NCBI GenBank assembly: GCA_016748015.1
Contig: JAAOMT010000570.1
Span: 438,043-502,042, forward strand
Direction: 5' to 3'
DNA from: Geosiphon pyriformis uo1
Taxonomy: Eukaryota > Fungi > Glomeromycota
Length of the DNA: 64,000 nucleotides
Below are positions 62,856-64,000 of this stretch, piece after piece; the stretch's first letter is position 1; each line of letters starts with the position of its first letter. A program made the translations under genes and the position numbers. The notes below the pieces were generated by a model. The model saw nothing but the letters and a program-made list of their open reading frames with translations. It was not told the DNA's origin and searched no databases.

Positions 62856-64000
62856 TCAGGTACCAGAGTCATATATTGCTTCATACAAATATATTATGGA
62901 AAAAGCGATGAAAAGAACAGCTCCGCTAAGTGTGACTAGGTTTGTGAGAAAGTAATTTAATAAATAAGATTTGTACTCCAAAAAAAATATCCAAGATAAA
63001 AAATGCCCTTGCTCACCTGTTTTAAGTGAAATTTTCTGAGCTAGCATACGTCCACCTATCACTGCTAAACTAGTGCACATACTATGACCCAATATCGTTC
63101 CCAACATCACGAAGTAGACATCCTACAAAAATTGTATTTGATGACTGTAAATAACCAAGGGTACAACAAATAATCCAGTAGAATATTATGATCACCTGTG
63201 CAGCTGCTAAAGCTATCGTGGCAATTTGTGATCGATCACCCCATTCACCAAGAAAGGTGAGGACAAATGTTTGGACAAAAACGGGGGAAAACAGAAATTG
63301 ACATAAATTTGTTAATCCCTCAATTAAACCACCATCCTTTGTCTCATTTGTCATTCCACCAGCCTCGATCTCTTCCATGAGATGAACCTCTTTTCTTTCC
63401 TTTAATTCTGCAGTAACTTCCTCCAATTCCTGATTGGCTTCTTCCTCAGTCATATTACATCCTTCTGAAACCATTTTAATCCCAAAAAAAAGAAATAGAA
63501 CAGCTGCCATATAATTGGTATATATCTTCGGAATTAGATTTGGAACTACATGACCCAAAGTAGCAGAAAGCACCGACATAATTATTAAGGCACAGAACGC
63601 AGCAGAAAAAACTAATAGACGCGAATGTTGCATTGCCATAATTGCTGCAATCAAAAACGTTTTGTCTCCAATTTCGGAGACAATTATCATGAGGAAACTG
63701 AGGACAAAAGACCTTTGGTCTTCGGTGCTGAATTCTGGAAGAAATCCTTTATTAATGGACCCTTCAAAATTAAAATTAAGAACTGAGCCCCCTAATTCTG
63801 GATCTGAAGCTTCAACAATATTCCATTCTTTCTTCTTATCGAGGAAAGAATAAAAAGTTTTAATTTCCCCGAAGTATAACTTTAGAAATATAGAATGCTC
63901 AAGTCAGAAATCATCTTTCAGACCTGATCCTCAACGGTTCTAGTGATTTTATCTAGATTAAGCGGAATAAGTGCAGCAGAGTCCCCCAGGGATGCTACAC
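62856..64000 (-). CDS. GDT1: GDT1/TMEM165 (UPF0016) Ca2+/Mn2+ exchanger, 5' end beyond window
   Basis: Two E-x-G-D-(K/R)-(T/S) motifs (SEIGDKTF, GEWGDRSQ), acidic central loop, GT-AG introns. Confidence 0.94.

Overview
AT-rich eukaryotic DNA, most likely from an early-diverging fungus (short spliceosomal introns, fungal-type HIS1; Glomeromycotina is my inference and is not verified). The window has two sharply different halves. (1) 1-~49,870 is one nested pile of decayed retroelements. It holds three Ty3/Gypsy families: A (four large copies, a solo LTR and a relic), B (18382-28239) and C (36906-46770). It also holds a solo LTR of a fourth family (D) and three non-LTR elements. The pile is strongly CpG-depleted and riddled with C>T/G>A transitions. 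(2) ~50,000-64,000 is ordinary gene-dense DNA: OXR1/TLDc, a Tc1-like relic, OST2/DAD1, SMD2, HIS1, POP1 and the 3' part of GDT1. The most unusual signal is the shared architecture of the Gypsy families. RT-RNaseH ends at a stop codon, integrase is a separate ORF with its own ATG, and a conserved non-env ORF3 follows it. Target-site duplications (TSDs) are 4 bp, there is no chromodomain, and a conserved stem-loop precedes the polypurine tract (PPT). B and C also carry a multi-CxxC domain and a dUTPase between protease and RT. A second notable system is an ORF1-only, poly(A)-tailed retroposon with a 16-bp TSD that shares its ~150-nt 3' tail with a neighbouring RNase H-bearing LINE. All coordinates and alignments were read by eye; no database search was run.
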